Source of the DNA: Lama glama
Lineage: Eukaryota
Length of the DNA: 64,000 nucleotides
Reading direction: 5' to 3'
Assembly (NCBI GenBank): GCA_028534125.1
Contig: CM052816.1
Span: 33,544,001-33,608,000 of the forward strand
Part shown: piece after piece, positions 48,950 through 62,135 of the stretch
Layout of the letters: the number at the start of each line of letters is the position of its first letter
How positions within the stretch are numbered: position 1 is the stretch's first letter
Position numbers and translations under genes: made by a program
Notes under the pieces: generated by a model
What the model was told of the DNA's origin: nothing
Seen by the model: only the letters and a program-made list of their open reading frames with translations
The model's database searches: none

Positions 48950-50420
48950 GGATTCTGCCGGAGCACAGTAGCTCAGCAAGAAATTGGGGTTCAGGGAAGT
49001 CTTCTCAGAGAGAATTATTCTTACCTCATTATAAAGATAAACTGGAGTTAATCACAAGGTTGAGGGACAGAAAGTCATCTTGGGCACGGGAAATTACCTG
49101 AACAAAAGCTAAGTGGCATCTGCAGATACGTTTCATTGTGGGATCCCAAGTAATTCAATGGGGCTGGAGCATGGAATGTAGGAGGACAGGGGACTACTGA
49201 GGAATAGAGTTGGCTGGGCCAGGCAGTGCTCAAATCATGAAGGACCCTGTATCTCAGCAGGGGATTGACAACAGATTTGCATTCTGAGGTAAATATGATC
49301 TTTCAAATGGAAGATGTATCAGAAAATGAAAATACTGTGGACAAGCTGGTCATTTCAGAGGTTAGTATGATAATTCAGGCAAGAAGCGGAAGCCGTGGAA
49401 ATGGAGAAGTAAACACACCTGACACATTTTAAATCAGTAGAATTGATAGGACCTTGGGGACATGAGGAAGCTGGAGAAACCACAGATATATTTCAGGTTT
49501 TTGTTTTGGTTTCTGGGAGAATTTATTGTGGAGTAAATAAAAAAGACGCACGTTTTCATTGGGAATGAATGTTTGTGTCCCCTTAGAATCTGTATGTTGA
49601 AATTCTAGCCCCCAATGTGACAGTATTAGGAAGTGGGGCCTTTGGGAGGTAATTAGGATTAGATTGAGGTCATGAGGGCAGAGCCTTCATAAATGGGATT
49701 AGTCCCCCTAGCGGTCCCAAGAGAGTGTGCTTCTCTCTGCCTTTTCCCATGTGAGAATACAAGGCAGCCATCTACAAGCCAGGAAGCAGGCTCTCACCAG
49801 GCAGTGGATCTGCTGGTACCCTGATTTTGGTCTTCCCAGGCTCCAGGACTGTAAGAAATAAATATTTTTTGTTTAAGGTACCCAGTGTATGATGATTTGT
49901 TATAGCAGACTGAACTAAGACAGGAAATAGTGAGTACTATTTCATATTTGTGTTTGTAGGATGTTAGGTGACTAGGTTCAGTTGCTCAATGGAGAGAGTC
50001 AAAAGAAAAAAAAAGGTCGGGGCTGAAGACATAGTTATTGGGTCCCCAAGCCGAAATGAGATCTTTTAAGGCAAGTACATAGAGTGATAAGAATTTCTTG
50101 GAAAGACTCAAACACACCATCATTTGAGGGGAGGTTTAGAGAAAAAGATGCTAAAATGAATAGAAAAGGAAGGACCAGAGAAGTCAGAGGAAAACCTAGA
50201 AAAAGTAGTGTTTCAGAAATCAAGAGAGTATTTTCAAGCAAGAGGACGTAGTAGACTGTGGCAAATGCCACAAAAGACAAGGACAAAAAGAGTGTTCCCT
50301 GGATTTCACATTAACAAAGTTAAGGCTGACTCTGGAGAGGATGGCTGCTGCCTTGCAGTGACTGCAGTGGAATCTGTGTTACAGTGAATTGGAGGGAGGA
50401 TGTGGAGAGAGTAAGGGCGC
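48950..50420 (-). mobile_element. L2 fragment split by an MLT1A LTR
   Basis: tcagggaagtcttctcagagag, ggggctggagcatgga, aatcatgaaggaccctgta, gtagaattgataggaccttgg, ggcaaatgccacaaaag, tgttccctggatt. Confidence 0.65.
49555..49922 (+). mobile_element. MaLR solo LTR, MLT1A-like
   Basis: tgaatgtttgtgtcccc...tatgttgaaattctagcccccaatgtga...ggggcctttgggaggtaattagg...aagccaggaag...gtaagaaataaat...ttgttatagcag...actaagaca. Confidence 0.88.
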
Positions 50421-51685
50421 TCTTCATTTGACTGGACACAGTCCAGGGAGAGCCAGGTTATTTTGACCCTTTTGGCAACTGATTTTGAGCTAGGATTAGT
50501 TATACAATATTTTTTTCTTTTTACACTCAAACACTAAAGTTGGAATAAGGATTAAGGTTGCCTAAAGTTAAGTGACAGAGCTGAGATTATTTAAATTAGG
50601 CTTTCAAGCCTTGTGCTATTAACCATCACATTTTCTAGGACGCTGTATAATTACTGTGTTCATTTCCATATCACCTACATCTCCTCAAATCAAGCATTGA
50701 AGGAATCTCAAGAAATGTTTTAAATCATTCAATTGTGTAATATTCGAGCTGAAGGGAACTAATTCAACTAGGTCATGGTGTGAATGTTCAATTGACCAGT
50801 GAGGTTAGGTGAATCACCCAAAGCCACAGAGCTACTAAGTCTGAGGCTTGAAAGTACACATCCTATTCCTTGCCTCCCAGTCAGTTCCCCATACTTCTCA
50901 AAGAACTACACTCAAAACAGTCCAGTGTGTGGCAGACACAGCTTTTCTTGTCTGAATGAGCCAGATCATTCTAATTAAACAGCTATGTATTACCCAAGTT
51001 GGTTTTAACACAACATACATCCCAGTTCAGAAATAAGATTACTTTGATCGAAAATAACTGCTTGGACCCTACACATCTCAGCATCAGGCTCTCCTGAGAG
51101 TAATGACAAAGACTCTAAAACACCATGCCAACTTTCCTTACTTGTTTAAAGCCAAAAATGGCTAGCCAAGAACAGACTTGGGGATTATACCATAAAAGAG
51201 GTCAATTCTTTCAGTTCTGGCAATAATGCAAGGTGGCCTAGGCTAATGAAAACATAAATCTGCATCTGGAACTATGTAAGAACACAGTTCTCATCTTTTT
51301 GACATTTTTCCTTCTGTCTCTTCCCCATTTCCTTCCTTCTGCTCCTGCTTCTCTTCTTTCTCTCTTTCCTCCTATCTCTCCTTTCCATCTCAGCCCTTTC
51401 CTCTTCTCACCCTCCCTCCCTTTTCTTCATCTTTTATTTCTCAATCTCTTAATTTTTATCAAAACAAGTATACTGTATGGTGTTTTAACAACACTGAATT
51501 ATGATCCTGAATGTCATCAGGTATGTTGTCAGCATGACCCAATCTAGAACAAAAAACCCAGACCATCAGTCTTATCTCAAGATTCTAGCACTGAGATAAG
51601 AGGAAGACTTAAAGTGCCTGTTGGTATCAATTTATTTCCCTAGGTTGACCACTTGCATATCATTTTTTTAAAGATGTTCACATTA

Positions 51686-52278
51686 TTTTTTAAATTGAAG
51701 TAGTCAATTTACAACATTGCATCAATTTCTGGTGTACAGTATGTTTCAGTCATAATATGTTCATTTTCATATTCTTTTTCATTATAGCTTACTACAGGAT
51801 ACTGAATGTAGTTCCCTATGCAATACATAAGAAACTTGTTGTTTATCCACTTTATATATAGTAGTTAATATCAGCAAATCTCAAACTTCTAATTTATCCC
51901 TTCCCACCTCCTTCCCTCCTGGTAACCATAAGTTTGTTTTCTATGTCTGTGAGCCTGTGAGTCTATTTCTGTTTTGTAAATAAGTTCATTTGTGTCTTTT
52001 CTTTTTTCCAGATTCTACATATGAGTGATATCATATGGTATTTTTCTTTCTCTTTCTGGTTTACTTCACTTAGAATGATGATCTCCAGGTCCATCCATGT
52101 TGCTGCAAATGGTATTATTTTATTATTTTTTATGGGAGTAGTATTCCATTGTATAAATACACCATAGCTTCTTGATCCAGTCATCTGTCAATGGACATTT
52201 ATGTTGCATGTGTCTTTTTGAATCAGAGTTCCCTCCAGATATATGCCCAGGAGTGGGATTTCTGTATCATTTGGTAAG
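51686..52278 (-). mobile_element. 5'-truncated camelid-type L1 3' end with a small internal deletion near 52205
   Basis: ORF 51963-52184 PFAATWMDLEIIILSEVNQKEKEKYHMISLIC; TSD taaagatgttcacatta (51669-51685) / taaagatgctcaatta (52279-52294). Confidence 0.9.
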
Positions 52279-53152
52279 TAAAGATGCTCAATTACAAGAT
52301 TTTTGCCTATTGTGTTGAGTTTTACAGATTCTATGCTTTGATACTGCCAGCAAATTTACTAGATAATAAGGTCTTTAACAGGATGGAAACAAATTACCAG
52401 GTGCCTGTTTCTATTTTCAAAAATCCTTTCCAACTGTCTTTAGATAATGAAAATAAACATTAGAAATAACTGGGAAGCCCATGGAGTTGTAGAGATAGTA
52501 AAGGGTAAGAATTTTTTTCAGTAAAGCCTGAAGACACAGAAATGTTTAAGCAAAACAAAGAAGTGTGAACTGAAGAGAATCAAAACAGCAATATAGTTCT
52601 AGGTACCATCCATGGAAGCTGCCACATGTTCTGACACCACCCCAAGGCTCAGAGAACAAAACTAGTGGGATGGGGGTGCAAAGGCAGGGAAGTATTAAAA
52701 GCTGTGTGACAGGTACACAGCAAGAACTCTTTCTCCAAGGTGGTTCTGTAGACTAAAGCCTCAACACCACCTCACTGATAGGACAGGAAGCAGCCTAAAT
52801 GATAATAATGGATAATGGATACCAACTCAGCTCCCTGGAGCATAAGCCCAGCTCCAGTTTTAAGCATTACATCCTAAAAATAATACTCTCATTTCCATAT
52901 AAGAGAAGCAGTGATTTCGTAAACTCAGCCCAGAAATTCTGACACAGGGTAATAATGGCTAAAATTAAAGATTAAAAAAAAAACTTCCTAGTTGAAGGAG
53001 AGTATAGTTGAACCTCATCCATGTTCTATGTTTTTTTAGCTCATTCAGTCAATCAATCATTCAAAATCAAAACTTATTAAAGAACCGCTATCCTCACAAC
53101 TAAGACTGCCTTTTTGAGTAAACATATACATAAACCATCAAAATGATTGGTG

Positions 53153-53611
53153 TTTTTACTGAAGTATAGTTGATTTACAATGTTGTGTTAGTTTCAGGTC
53201 TATAGCATAGTGATTCAGTTATGTATATTATACATATATATTCTTTGTCTATTTTCCATTATAAGTTATTATAAGATATTGAATACAGTTCCCTGTGCTA
53301 TACAGTAGGACCTTGCTTTTTATCTACTTTATCTGTAGTAGTTAGTATCTGAAAATCCTGAATTCCCAATTTATCCCTCCACCTCCTCCTTTCCTCTTTG
53401 GTAACTATAAGTTTGTTTTGTATGTCTATGAGCCTGTTTCTGTTTTGTAAATAAGTTCATTTGTCTCATATTTTAGATTCCACATACAGTGATATCATAT
53501 GATATTTGTCTTTCTCTGTCAGACTTATTTCACTTAATATGATAATCTGCAGCTCTATCCATGTTGCTGCACATGGCATTATTTCATTTTTATGGCTGAA
53601 TAATATTCCAG

Positions 53612-53643
<32 letters not shown>

Positions 53644-54150
53644 GCATCTTCCTTATCCATTCATCTGTGGATGGACACTTAGGTTGCTTCCATGTCTTGG
53701 CTATTGTAAACAGTGCTACTGTGAACATTGGGGTGCATGTATCTTCTCAAATTAACAGTTGTCTCTGAATATATGCCCAGGATTGGGATTGCTGTGTCAT
53801 ATGGTAACTCTATTTTTAATTTTTTTAAGGAATCTCCATACTGTTCTCCACAGTAGCTACACCAATTTACAATTCCACCAATAGTGTAGGAGGATTCCCT
53901 TTTCTCCACATTCAATCCAGCATTTATTATTTCTAGAATTTTTAATGATAGCCATTCTGACTGGTATGAGGTGATACCTCACTGTAGTTTTTATTTGCAT
54001 TTTTCTAATAATTAGTGATGTGGACCATCTTTTCACGTGCCTACTGGCCATCTATATGTCTTCTTTGGGGAAATATTTGTTTAGGTGTTCTGCCCATTTT
54101 TTGATTAGGTTGTCTATTTTTTCTTTTTTCTTTTTTTTGTATGAATTCTG
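53153..54150 (-). mobile_element. Artiodactyl-type L1 3' end with internal (CA)n at 53618-53643
   Basis: Minus ORFs [36 protein letters not shown] and CAATWIELQIIILSEIS; tail actgaagtatagttgatttacaatg. Confidence 0.9.
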
Positions 54151-55059
54151 TTTTCTTACATGAAAAATGAAGAGGATGGTTGGGTAAATTATAAAGGACC
54201 AATATTGGAAATGAGAAATACAGAAGTCCATGTCCACTTAAGAAGTTCTTGGAAAAGGGGATAGAAAAGAGAGTTAGAAGAAAGGAATGAGGAGCATAAA
54301 GAATAGGCTTTTTCAGACAATCTTAATGTCACAATAGTGCTGTAAGGCTTCTGGTTTTGATGGAATAATTAGCGATTTTCTCTAGTTAAATCTGTGTTCT
54401 AATCAGAAAAAAAGAGTTTACCTTAACAGTTAACCAAAAGATGGACAAAAAAACACTGAACCTGAAATTATAAAATATATAACTTATTCCTATGGCAACA
54501 GGTTAACTTATAGAACCCTCAACTGACAGGGAAAATAAATTTTAAATGATGTCTGAAATTCACATTAGGTAATTTGTAATATTAGCACCCAACCTTTCTT
54601 CTGCACTTCCCATCACTTAATCACTGCTGAAAGTACATGCGCCACTTCTTTTGTGATCTAAATCAATGTTTGCACAATTTTACAAAACTACCAGCCTTGC
54701 ATTACTGAAAACAAAACCTAAAACATTTTCTAAATCATAATTCTGGGTTTGCCTGCCTGAACATGGTAAGGGTTTTTGTGATCAATCACAATCTACATCT
54801 CATATCTTACATTATGCATATGCATATTTTTTAGAGAAATTTAGACCCTCAAATTTTTCTAGAAAAAAATGCTTTTTGTGTTAGATAATATTATGAAACA
54901 TATTCACCAGACTTTTAAAAAGAAAGGACAAACCACAAATTTGCACTTTAAAAAAGATGTATGACCACAGCTCTTAACTGTAAGCAAAAGAAATATTCTT
55001 TAAAAAAAAAAAAGAAAAAAAAGGAATTTATCATAACGATATTGCATTGATCTAAGAAT

Positions 55060-55513
55060 GAGACAGAGAAGATGGCTTATAGGCTATGTAGACAGGAGCA
55101 ATACTGAAAATAATTCAGCAGAAGTAAGCTGCTTAAGACATTAATGTAATTATTATTGTCACAAGCACTAAGTACTTCAGCTTGCACTGCCAACATCACC
55201 AGCACTGGTGCTAGACACTGCCCTGACACCACTGCACAGCTGCCCAGGACACTCCATCTCACTGCACCCATCACTGCTGCTGGTCTTACTAGCTAGCAAC
55301 TTACAGATTGGCTGAATGCATTTGACTGACAGAGTTAGGTCACATGCTGACACTCTGGATACAAGCAAGGCTGGGAAAGAAGTAACTGGCATCTTCAACC
55401 TCTATATTTGAAGGTGTGTTCTCCTACCAAAATTCATGAAGTGAGAAATTCCTCAAACATAGGAAGAGAGTTTAGATGCTGGGTAGACTAAAAAAACGAT
55501 AAATGTCTACTCA
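55060..55513 (-). mobile_element. Old MaLR LTR (MLT1K/L-like)
   Basis: gcatttgactgacagagttaggtcacatgc...caagcaaggctgggaaag...ttcctcaaacataggaag...gatgctgggtag...aaatgtctactca. Confidence 0.65.
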
Positions 55514-55671
55514 AAAACAATAAATGTGCTCCATATTTATGCCCTGCTATTCTTCACCTCCTTCATGGGCTCCTGTTCCAAACGTTGGTGTTTCCTTCTC
55601 TGCATTTTCTCATCTGCACACTCTCTTCATCGCTCCTAAATGCACATCTTTAGCCACCATGACATCCACAC

Positions 55672-56135
55672 TGTGGCAAAGACTGCTTACAATCCACAAA
55701 AATCCATTACCCTTTTCTTCCACAGAAGGAGAATTTTAGCTTGGCCTGCAGCTTCCCAGACATACAAAATTTCTTAGTCTTCCTTGAAGTTAGTTCTGAC
55801 TCCATTGCTAATTTCTCTTCAAAGGAACGTGAACAAACGGAATGTGTGCCACTTCTAGCTCTGTGACTTAAGATGTCCAGATCTGTTTCCTCCACGTATC
55901 TTCCTTCCCCTCTGCAACAGCTGGAATCTGTGGCAACCCAGCCTCATCTATGCAGATGATGACAAGAAGCAGCATAAGAACCTGGCTCACTGGGAAGCAG
56001 AGCTACCCACCAACCTGAACTGCTGACCTTGGACTGCTATATGAGAGAGGAATAAAGATCTATTTTTTACAAGCCACAGAATTATTGTTGAGTGGCTTGT
56101 TTTTAATAGCTTCTTAGTCTTACATTAACTTATAA

Positions 56136-56138
<3 letters not shown>
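55672..56138 (+). mobile_element. MaLR solo LTR (MLT1J/I-like)
   Basis: tgtggcaaagactgctt start, aatgtgtgccacttctag, ttggactgctatatgagagaggaataaa, aagccac, ends ttaacttataaaca. Confidence 0.75.

Positions 56139-56163
<25 letters not shown>
56136..56163. repeat. (AC)14 microsatellite
   Basis: Perfect AC run at the LTR 3' end. Confidence 0.95.
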
Positions 56164-56166
<3 letters not shown>

Positions 56167-56372
56167 TTTACCAACTCTTTTAATGAAATCAACACCTACC
56201 CAAATACTAACACAGAAATCTTGGGGTTGGTCTAGATTTTGCCTTCGCTTTTATTCCCCAAATTCAACAGATCACTAAATCTTGTTATTTAAGTTCATTA
56301 TCTCTTTCTCTAAACTCAAAGCTGCCATGTCAGTCTAGGTTCTCAGTTTCTCTTCTGACGTGAGTTCACTGC

Positions 56373-56470
56373 TGTGTTAGCCAGCTCAGGCCACCGTAAC
56401 AAAACATTACAGATGGGGCAGCTTACACAACAGAAATTTATCTTTTTACAGTTCTGGGGGCTTTAAGTCC
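56373..56470 (-). mobile_element. MLT1A/B LTR 3' fragment
   Basis: tgtgttagccagctcaggccaccgtaacaaaacattacaga...gcttacacaacagaaattta...cagttctggggg...aagtcc. Confidence 0.75.
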
Positions 56471-57349
56471 TACTTGCTCATTTCCATCACTTCTTGGCCT
56501 AAACCTCTACAGCTAAAGACCACACAAGTTTCAGTAGAAATCAAGAAATCATGACTTTCAATCAGAACTTCATTTCCCTGAGGAGTTTCCTGAGTACTGA
56601 AGGCAGTCTCCTGAGAAAATGCTGATGGAAAAGATCGTTACAGAATCCTAAAGCATTAGACTTCCTGTCCTCATGACAGCATAGACATTCGTGGGCTTTA
56701 CATGAGAGAGCACTCCTAGAAATGGTCCTGTAATTGGGATAAAAAGCAAGAGGAAAACAAAGTTCAGATCAGTTCTCTGGGGTTCTCTGTGTTTGTCCTT
56801 ATTTTAAATCTGTCACACGTCCAGATGAAATAAGACTTCAGTGTGCTGCTTTCTTGTTTTTGGTATACAAGTTAAAAAGCACTGGCCCAGCACACAGAAA
56901 CAATGGGAAATTCTCATACATGCTTCTAGTTAGGTGGAATTATCCTATGTAATACCAAGTAATGCAGCTCCCAGGGATCGAATGACTTCTCTGATCTTGC
57001 CAGGCCATCACCACTCATCAGGGCTGAACTTTTTCATGGAGGTGATGGTGGTTATCAAATTATGGAAAATAATAGATAGCAATGTCTCATGTGGTCACAC
57101 TGATCTAGCTGTCTCATTTTACTTAAATTATTAACCTCTGATCTTTTCTTAATCTATAAAAATAGCAACTTCATAGGCTTCAACCTAATATAAATAAGAA
57201 AACTAAAGTCTATAACAAATTAAGCAACTTCCCTAGGTCACCCTATTTAGCTGGACAGTGACAGGGCTGTTACTATAATCTAGTCTACACCTGCGAATCT
57301 CTATCATGATTCTCTTTAAACTCTACTTAATCTTACCATTAACCAACAT

Positions 57350-57530
57350 TTTAAAGGAGGTTAGGTGGAAAGAGCAGACAATTTGGAGCTCAGGATAAGT
57401 TTAGAATACAGTGTTCCAAGTCATTTAAGCTCAGTAAACCATTGGTTTCTCACCTGTAGAACAGGAATAATAAATCTGGATTCATAAGGAGGCTATGTGT
57501 TAACATCTGGCTTACAGTAGGCACTAAATA
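57350..57530 (+). mobile_element. MIR SINE
   Basis: gtggaaagagcagac...caagtcatttaagctcagtaaacc...gtttctcacctgtagaacaggaataata...ctggcttacagtaggcact. Confidence 0.65.
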
Positions 57531-58326
57531 AATATAAATTATCTTTACAGAAATCAAAAAGCTATGGGTTATATTTTGCCAACAATGTAATTGCCAATTT
57601 TTAATCAAGTATTTTTGGAGTAATGGATAAGAAGCTTCAAAAATTCCAAACCTTTCTTTGTATTTCTTCCCTCTCAATCTGTGCAAACACACATATACAC
57701 ACACACACACAAACACATTATCCCTTCCCTTGGAAAAACTTATGAGGCAACTCTATGGTCACTCTTCCAGCACAGATATGATTATTCTTGCAGAGACTGT
57801 ATATAGGTGAAGTGAGTGGTCACAAATGTAGAGTATTTTTTGGCATCCCAGGAGGAAATCCCCCAAATACATTATTAAGCACCTTCTATCCCGTATGTGT
57901 TGCCTCCCCATCCTAGGAGGCCCTTGTTTGGTTACTTTTGGGAATGTAAAGCATTGTATATTGAGAAGATCTCTTATTTTTTAAAACAGTCTTACCTGGG
58001 GGGTGTGGGGGTTGCATTTGTCCCTTTGTCGAGTTTAGTTTATTAGGTCACTCTGCTATCAACTCACTCAGAAAGCTGGTCAAATTCTACTGGAGTCAAA
58101 GGGAAAATGAGCGATATATACAGGAATAATGACTATAGGTGATTAGTACCATGAGTTATAGAGTGCAAATAATGGAGTAATTAAGTACACCTGGAAGTAC
58201 CAAGGAAGGTTTCATGGGGGAAAAAAATAACTAAAGCCTTAAAAGATAGCATCAGGTCATGCAAATATACAAATAATAAAACAAGATGAAATATAATAAG
58301 ACTTCAGAGGTTTATGAGGAAATGCC

Positions 58327-58695
58327 TATCAGGATTCTTGATTTACAAATAACAGAAAACATCTCTGCATGCTTAAGCAAAAAAGGAGTATATCACAGGA
58401 ATATCAGGTAGCTTAGGGAACAGATAAGAAGCTGGAGAACCAAGTTTGGAAGCAAGAGAGGAATCAGAACATGTGCAAGAGAGCAGCTCTAGCTGTGTAG
58501 ACGGTTTTTATCTTTTCTGTGTATCTCTTTTTTAAGTCCAGGGAGAAATTAACTAATTGGCCTAGTTTGGATTAAGTGCACAGAGAATACAATTCCTAAT
58601 TTACAGCCCCATCAAGACTATAGAGGATAAATAATTTCTCAAAAGGAAGGCAGGTGGCTCTCAGGAAGAAGAATGAACCAATGCATGTCCATTCG
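58327..58695 (-). mobile_element. Old MaLR LTR (MLT1M/N-like)
   Basis: tatcaggattcttgatttacaaataacagaaaac...gcttaagcaaaaaagga...ggtagctta...ctaattggcctagtttgg. Confidence 0.55.
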
Positions 58696-58744
58696 AGAGT
58701 AGAACACAGAACAAACTGGTTTGGCTGTGAAGGGAAAGACAAAA

Positions 58745-58955
58745 ATTCATGGAAGACTTGCTTTCTGCCAGGTACTGTGCTATTTTATACTCTGTGTATT
58801 TAATTCTCACAACAACCCTGTAAATCAAATACTATTTTCCCCATTTCTGAGACAACTATGGCCAGGTTAAATAAAGAATCTGCTCAAGATCATAAGCCAG
58901 TAAGCATCTGGGCTGGGACTTGAGTTCAGGTCTGCAGGCTCTACATTTGTGCTGT
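58745..58955 (-). mobile_element. MIR SINE
   Basis: tgccaggtactgtgct...atttaattctcacaacaaccctgta...ttccccattt...gctcaagatcataagccagtaag...ctgggacttgagttcaggtctg. Confidence 0.8.
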
Positions 58956-59394
58956 TTTGAAATGAAAGATAAGGCAAGGTCTGGGGTACTGTTAGCCTCT
59001 AGAAAGAGCAGGCCAGTTTAGATACCACAGCAAGAGACCTGGCAGAGTGATGGGTCCTGCAAAAGGAGACCAGGGCAGCAAACAGGTACTAAGACAGAAC
59101 TGACTGCCTCATATCCTCTTCTGGGGAGTCACGGAGGAAGAGTGGGAGCTACAGAAATCTCTTACATGGGCCAGTGATTGGTTTTTTATTTGTTTATAAA
59201 AATAAGTAAATAATGAAACAAACAAAACTATACACTTGACCTCCAGCTTGGCAGGATCACAGAAGGGCAAGGGGCAGAAATAAAGGCGGAAAAAGGTCAT
59301 GGTGCATGAACAAAGCTGAGGATCGGAGTTGGCCCAATGCCTGAAGTGTCAATAATTTTTATGGATAGGCAGCAACTTCGTTTTTTACTCCAAT

Positions 59395-59670
59395 AATTAA
59401 TCACTGAAAAATGCTTATTGAGTACTTGCTATAGAGACCACAGTGCTAAAGAAAGAGACTGGTGTAATTGAAAGTTTCAGAAACAGGAAATCAAGTTGGC
59501 CTCATAGGTCATGGGAGTGAGATCTGATATAATAGTAAGTTCAATGGGGAGCTATTGAAGGATTTCAAACAGGAGAGTGACATGATCCCACTTATTCTTC
59601 ACCAAAATTACTCTGGTTGCTGGGTGGCAAATAGACTGAATGGGAAAGAATGATAGCAGTATATTTAGTT
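59395..59670 (-). mobile_element. L2 fragments
   Basis: aatgcttattgagtacttgctat; caatggggagctattgaaggatttcaaacaggagagtgacatgatc...actctggttgctgggtgg. Confidence 0.7.
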
Positions 59671-60664
59671 ACCAATACTTAGTCACTTCCTGAGTGAAAG
59701 AGAAGGCTTCCTTAATGGAACTTTGTCCCTTTGATATTAGCCTTTGTTGGTGTTCAGGGCAGAATTGTGCAATGTGCTTTCTGGTCCTAATACTCTGCTC
59801 TTCCTTTGTTAATGCTCTTTCCTCTTCAGTCCCCATTTATATCTAAAAATTAGGGGCCTTCACCTTCTTTACTTGTGCCTCCCACTTAACCATCTGACTA
59901 GGAAGGCACTGCTAAGCCAATTCAGTGACTGCTAACTTTTCAATAGGTGATTCTTCCCCTCTAGGAGGGATGTTCACATTTTAATAGGCACAGTACATTG
60001 AACCAGTAAGAGCATTAATGGTGAACTTTCAGGCTTCAATAACGAGGGGAGCTATTAAGATATCTGGGCTGGAAAACTGTCCTAACGCTATTCAAATCGA
60101 GAAGTATGAAACCTGTATGCCTATATTTGGCCTCCAACGAAAGGTTATTTTTGATATTGAAAAGCATGTCTTCATGACAGCCAAAACCAGTGGTGCAGAA
60201 GGTTAGCATAGGACTGGTCCATTATGCATAAAGTGCGCAACAGGCAAAACAAGTCACCAGTCCTACCACCATGACCCCTTACAGGACCTTGATTCAGGCC
60301 TAAAACTGAATGTGGCATCAACGTCAAAGTCCCCATTGAAGTATTTAACATCTGGGTTAGTCATAAACTGAAGTCATCCCAACCCACTCATGACCTTGAC
60401 CTTTACAATTCGGGGTGTAAGTAACACATCTGCTCAAGTTGCAGATTTTGCACCATGAAGGGGCTTTCCTTGCTGCAGCACTCCTTTTTGTCATTTGTCA
60501 AATGTGGATATGGAGAGATCGATGTAAGTGAAATAATGACATCAAATACTTGTTTTACATGTTTTCAGTACATACTCGCTGGAGGGTCTAAATGTGAGAA
60601 CATGCATGTATTCTAGGCTGTCACCTTTCCGGAGGTTCACAAGGCCCTCCCAGTCTTATTTAAA

Positions 60665-60900
60665 TGTGTCTCTTCAGATTCTGGAGTCAGATCGTTTGAG
60701 TCCAGATCCTGGTTCTCCCTTTACTGGGTGGGAGACATTCAGCGAGCTATGGCACCTTTCTGCACCTTAGTTTCCTGATCTACACATGGACATATTGCTA
60801 ACACCTACTCATACCCACCTCTTAAGGAATTTATGGGGATTAATTTAAAACCAAAAAGCACTGAGCACAATGCCTAGCATATAGTAGGTACTCAATACAC
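60665..60900 (+). mobile_element. MIR SINE
   Basis: ctggagtcagatcg...atcctggttctcc...ctttctgcaccttagtttcctgatct...aaagcactgagcacaatgcctagcatatagtaggtactcaata. Confidence 0.8.
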
Positions 60901-60984
60901 ACAAGGGACTATGAGTTAGTATCACTAGCACATCAGAAAATTTATTGTTTTATACTATTCTGCAATCACAGTGTACTTTTTTGA

Positions 60985-61151
60985 GCTCTCATACTGTAAG
61001 ATCCTTGGAGGTGGGATTCATGGCTCATTTAACTTTATATCTTCAGTGGAACAGCTGATATGTGGTAGGTGTTTAGCAAATGATTGCTCAATAAGGAATG
61101 AATGAATTTTGTTTAGCAAATGATTGCTCAATAAAGGAATGAATGAATTTT
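60985..61151 (+). mobile_element. L2 3' end carrying a 40-bp tandem duplication
   Basis: actgtaagatccttggagg...tgtggtaggtgtttagcaaatg...gaatgaatgaa; 61071-61110 is repeated at 61111-61151. Confidence 0.75.
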
Positions 61152-61489
61152 GAATGAAGACAGAGAACTTGTCTCTGTTTAAAGAGTCATATCATTTAAG
61201 TGGTTTAAAATTTTTGGAGATTTCATGGGATTGGAGAGGCAGAAATGTTTACATGTCAGAACGAAAATTAGGCGATGTCCGACAATGAGATCTGAACAGT
61301 GCAAGTCTTCACACTGCACTCTCAGGCTTCTGAGAGCTTTCACAGATGTTGTATCTCATACTTCACAGTCAACACTAAGAGACAGCAGCACTAGCATTTC
61401 CAGGTAAGAAACAAGAAAACAAAGGTGGAACCAGCTAATTTGCTTGAAGGTATTCAGCTCATAAGGGGAGTGGACATAAATGGGAAGGG

Positions 61490-61640
61490 TAAGTGCAGTG
61501 GTTAGAACTCCAAATGGTCTGGTTCTACCACTTACCAGCTGGGTGACCTTAGGTGAGTTATGTACTTCAGCTGCCTCAGATGTAGAAATAAAAATGAGAG
61601 TATTCTCTCATAGGTTGTTTTGAGAATTAACTGAGGCAAA
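61490..61640 (+). mobile_element. MIR SINE
   Basis: gtgcagtggttaga...ctggttctaccacttaccagctgggtgaccttaggtgagtta...cataggttgttttgagaattaa. Confidence 0.75.
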
Positions 61641-62135
61641 GATTATATTCAGATTTCCTGTCCTCTGTAACTCATCTTCCTACCACTGGCGACTGAGCTC
61701 CGCAGCGGCGCCCCACCTGGTACTTAGGGCTCCACTGAACCTGTGCTTTTTGAGCCACACCCAAGGCCTCAGCACTTCATCACTCCCTGCTTGACTCCCT
61801 GCTCAAACTCCAAAACTTCTCTCAGTCCCTTTTACACAAAGAATATCCACTGGAAAATGACTAACAAAACAAAAAAACAGCAATGTTGAATAAAGCTCAA
61901 AGTGTGATTTTTGTGAGGTTTTTTTTTTCTTTTTTTTTTTAAGAATCTCTCTCTGTAGCGATGAAATGTACCCATGATGGTGGACATGCACATACTGCAA
62001 CTTTTCTATAAAGAAGAGGAATCCTGGTCCCTCAGATTACACCCAGTCCATGATCACCTGCTTTGTATTATGGTGAGGCTGGCCATTTAAGCAACTGATT
62101 GCAATGTAGGAGTAATGGAATCCATAGATCAACAG

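Noticed and set aside
61688..61725. GC-rich patch gcagcggcgccccacctggtac as a second CTCF site
   Set aside because: Spacing does not fit the core consensus.
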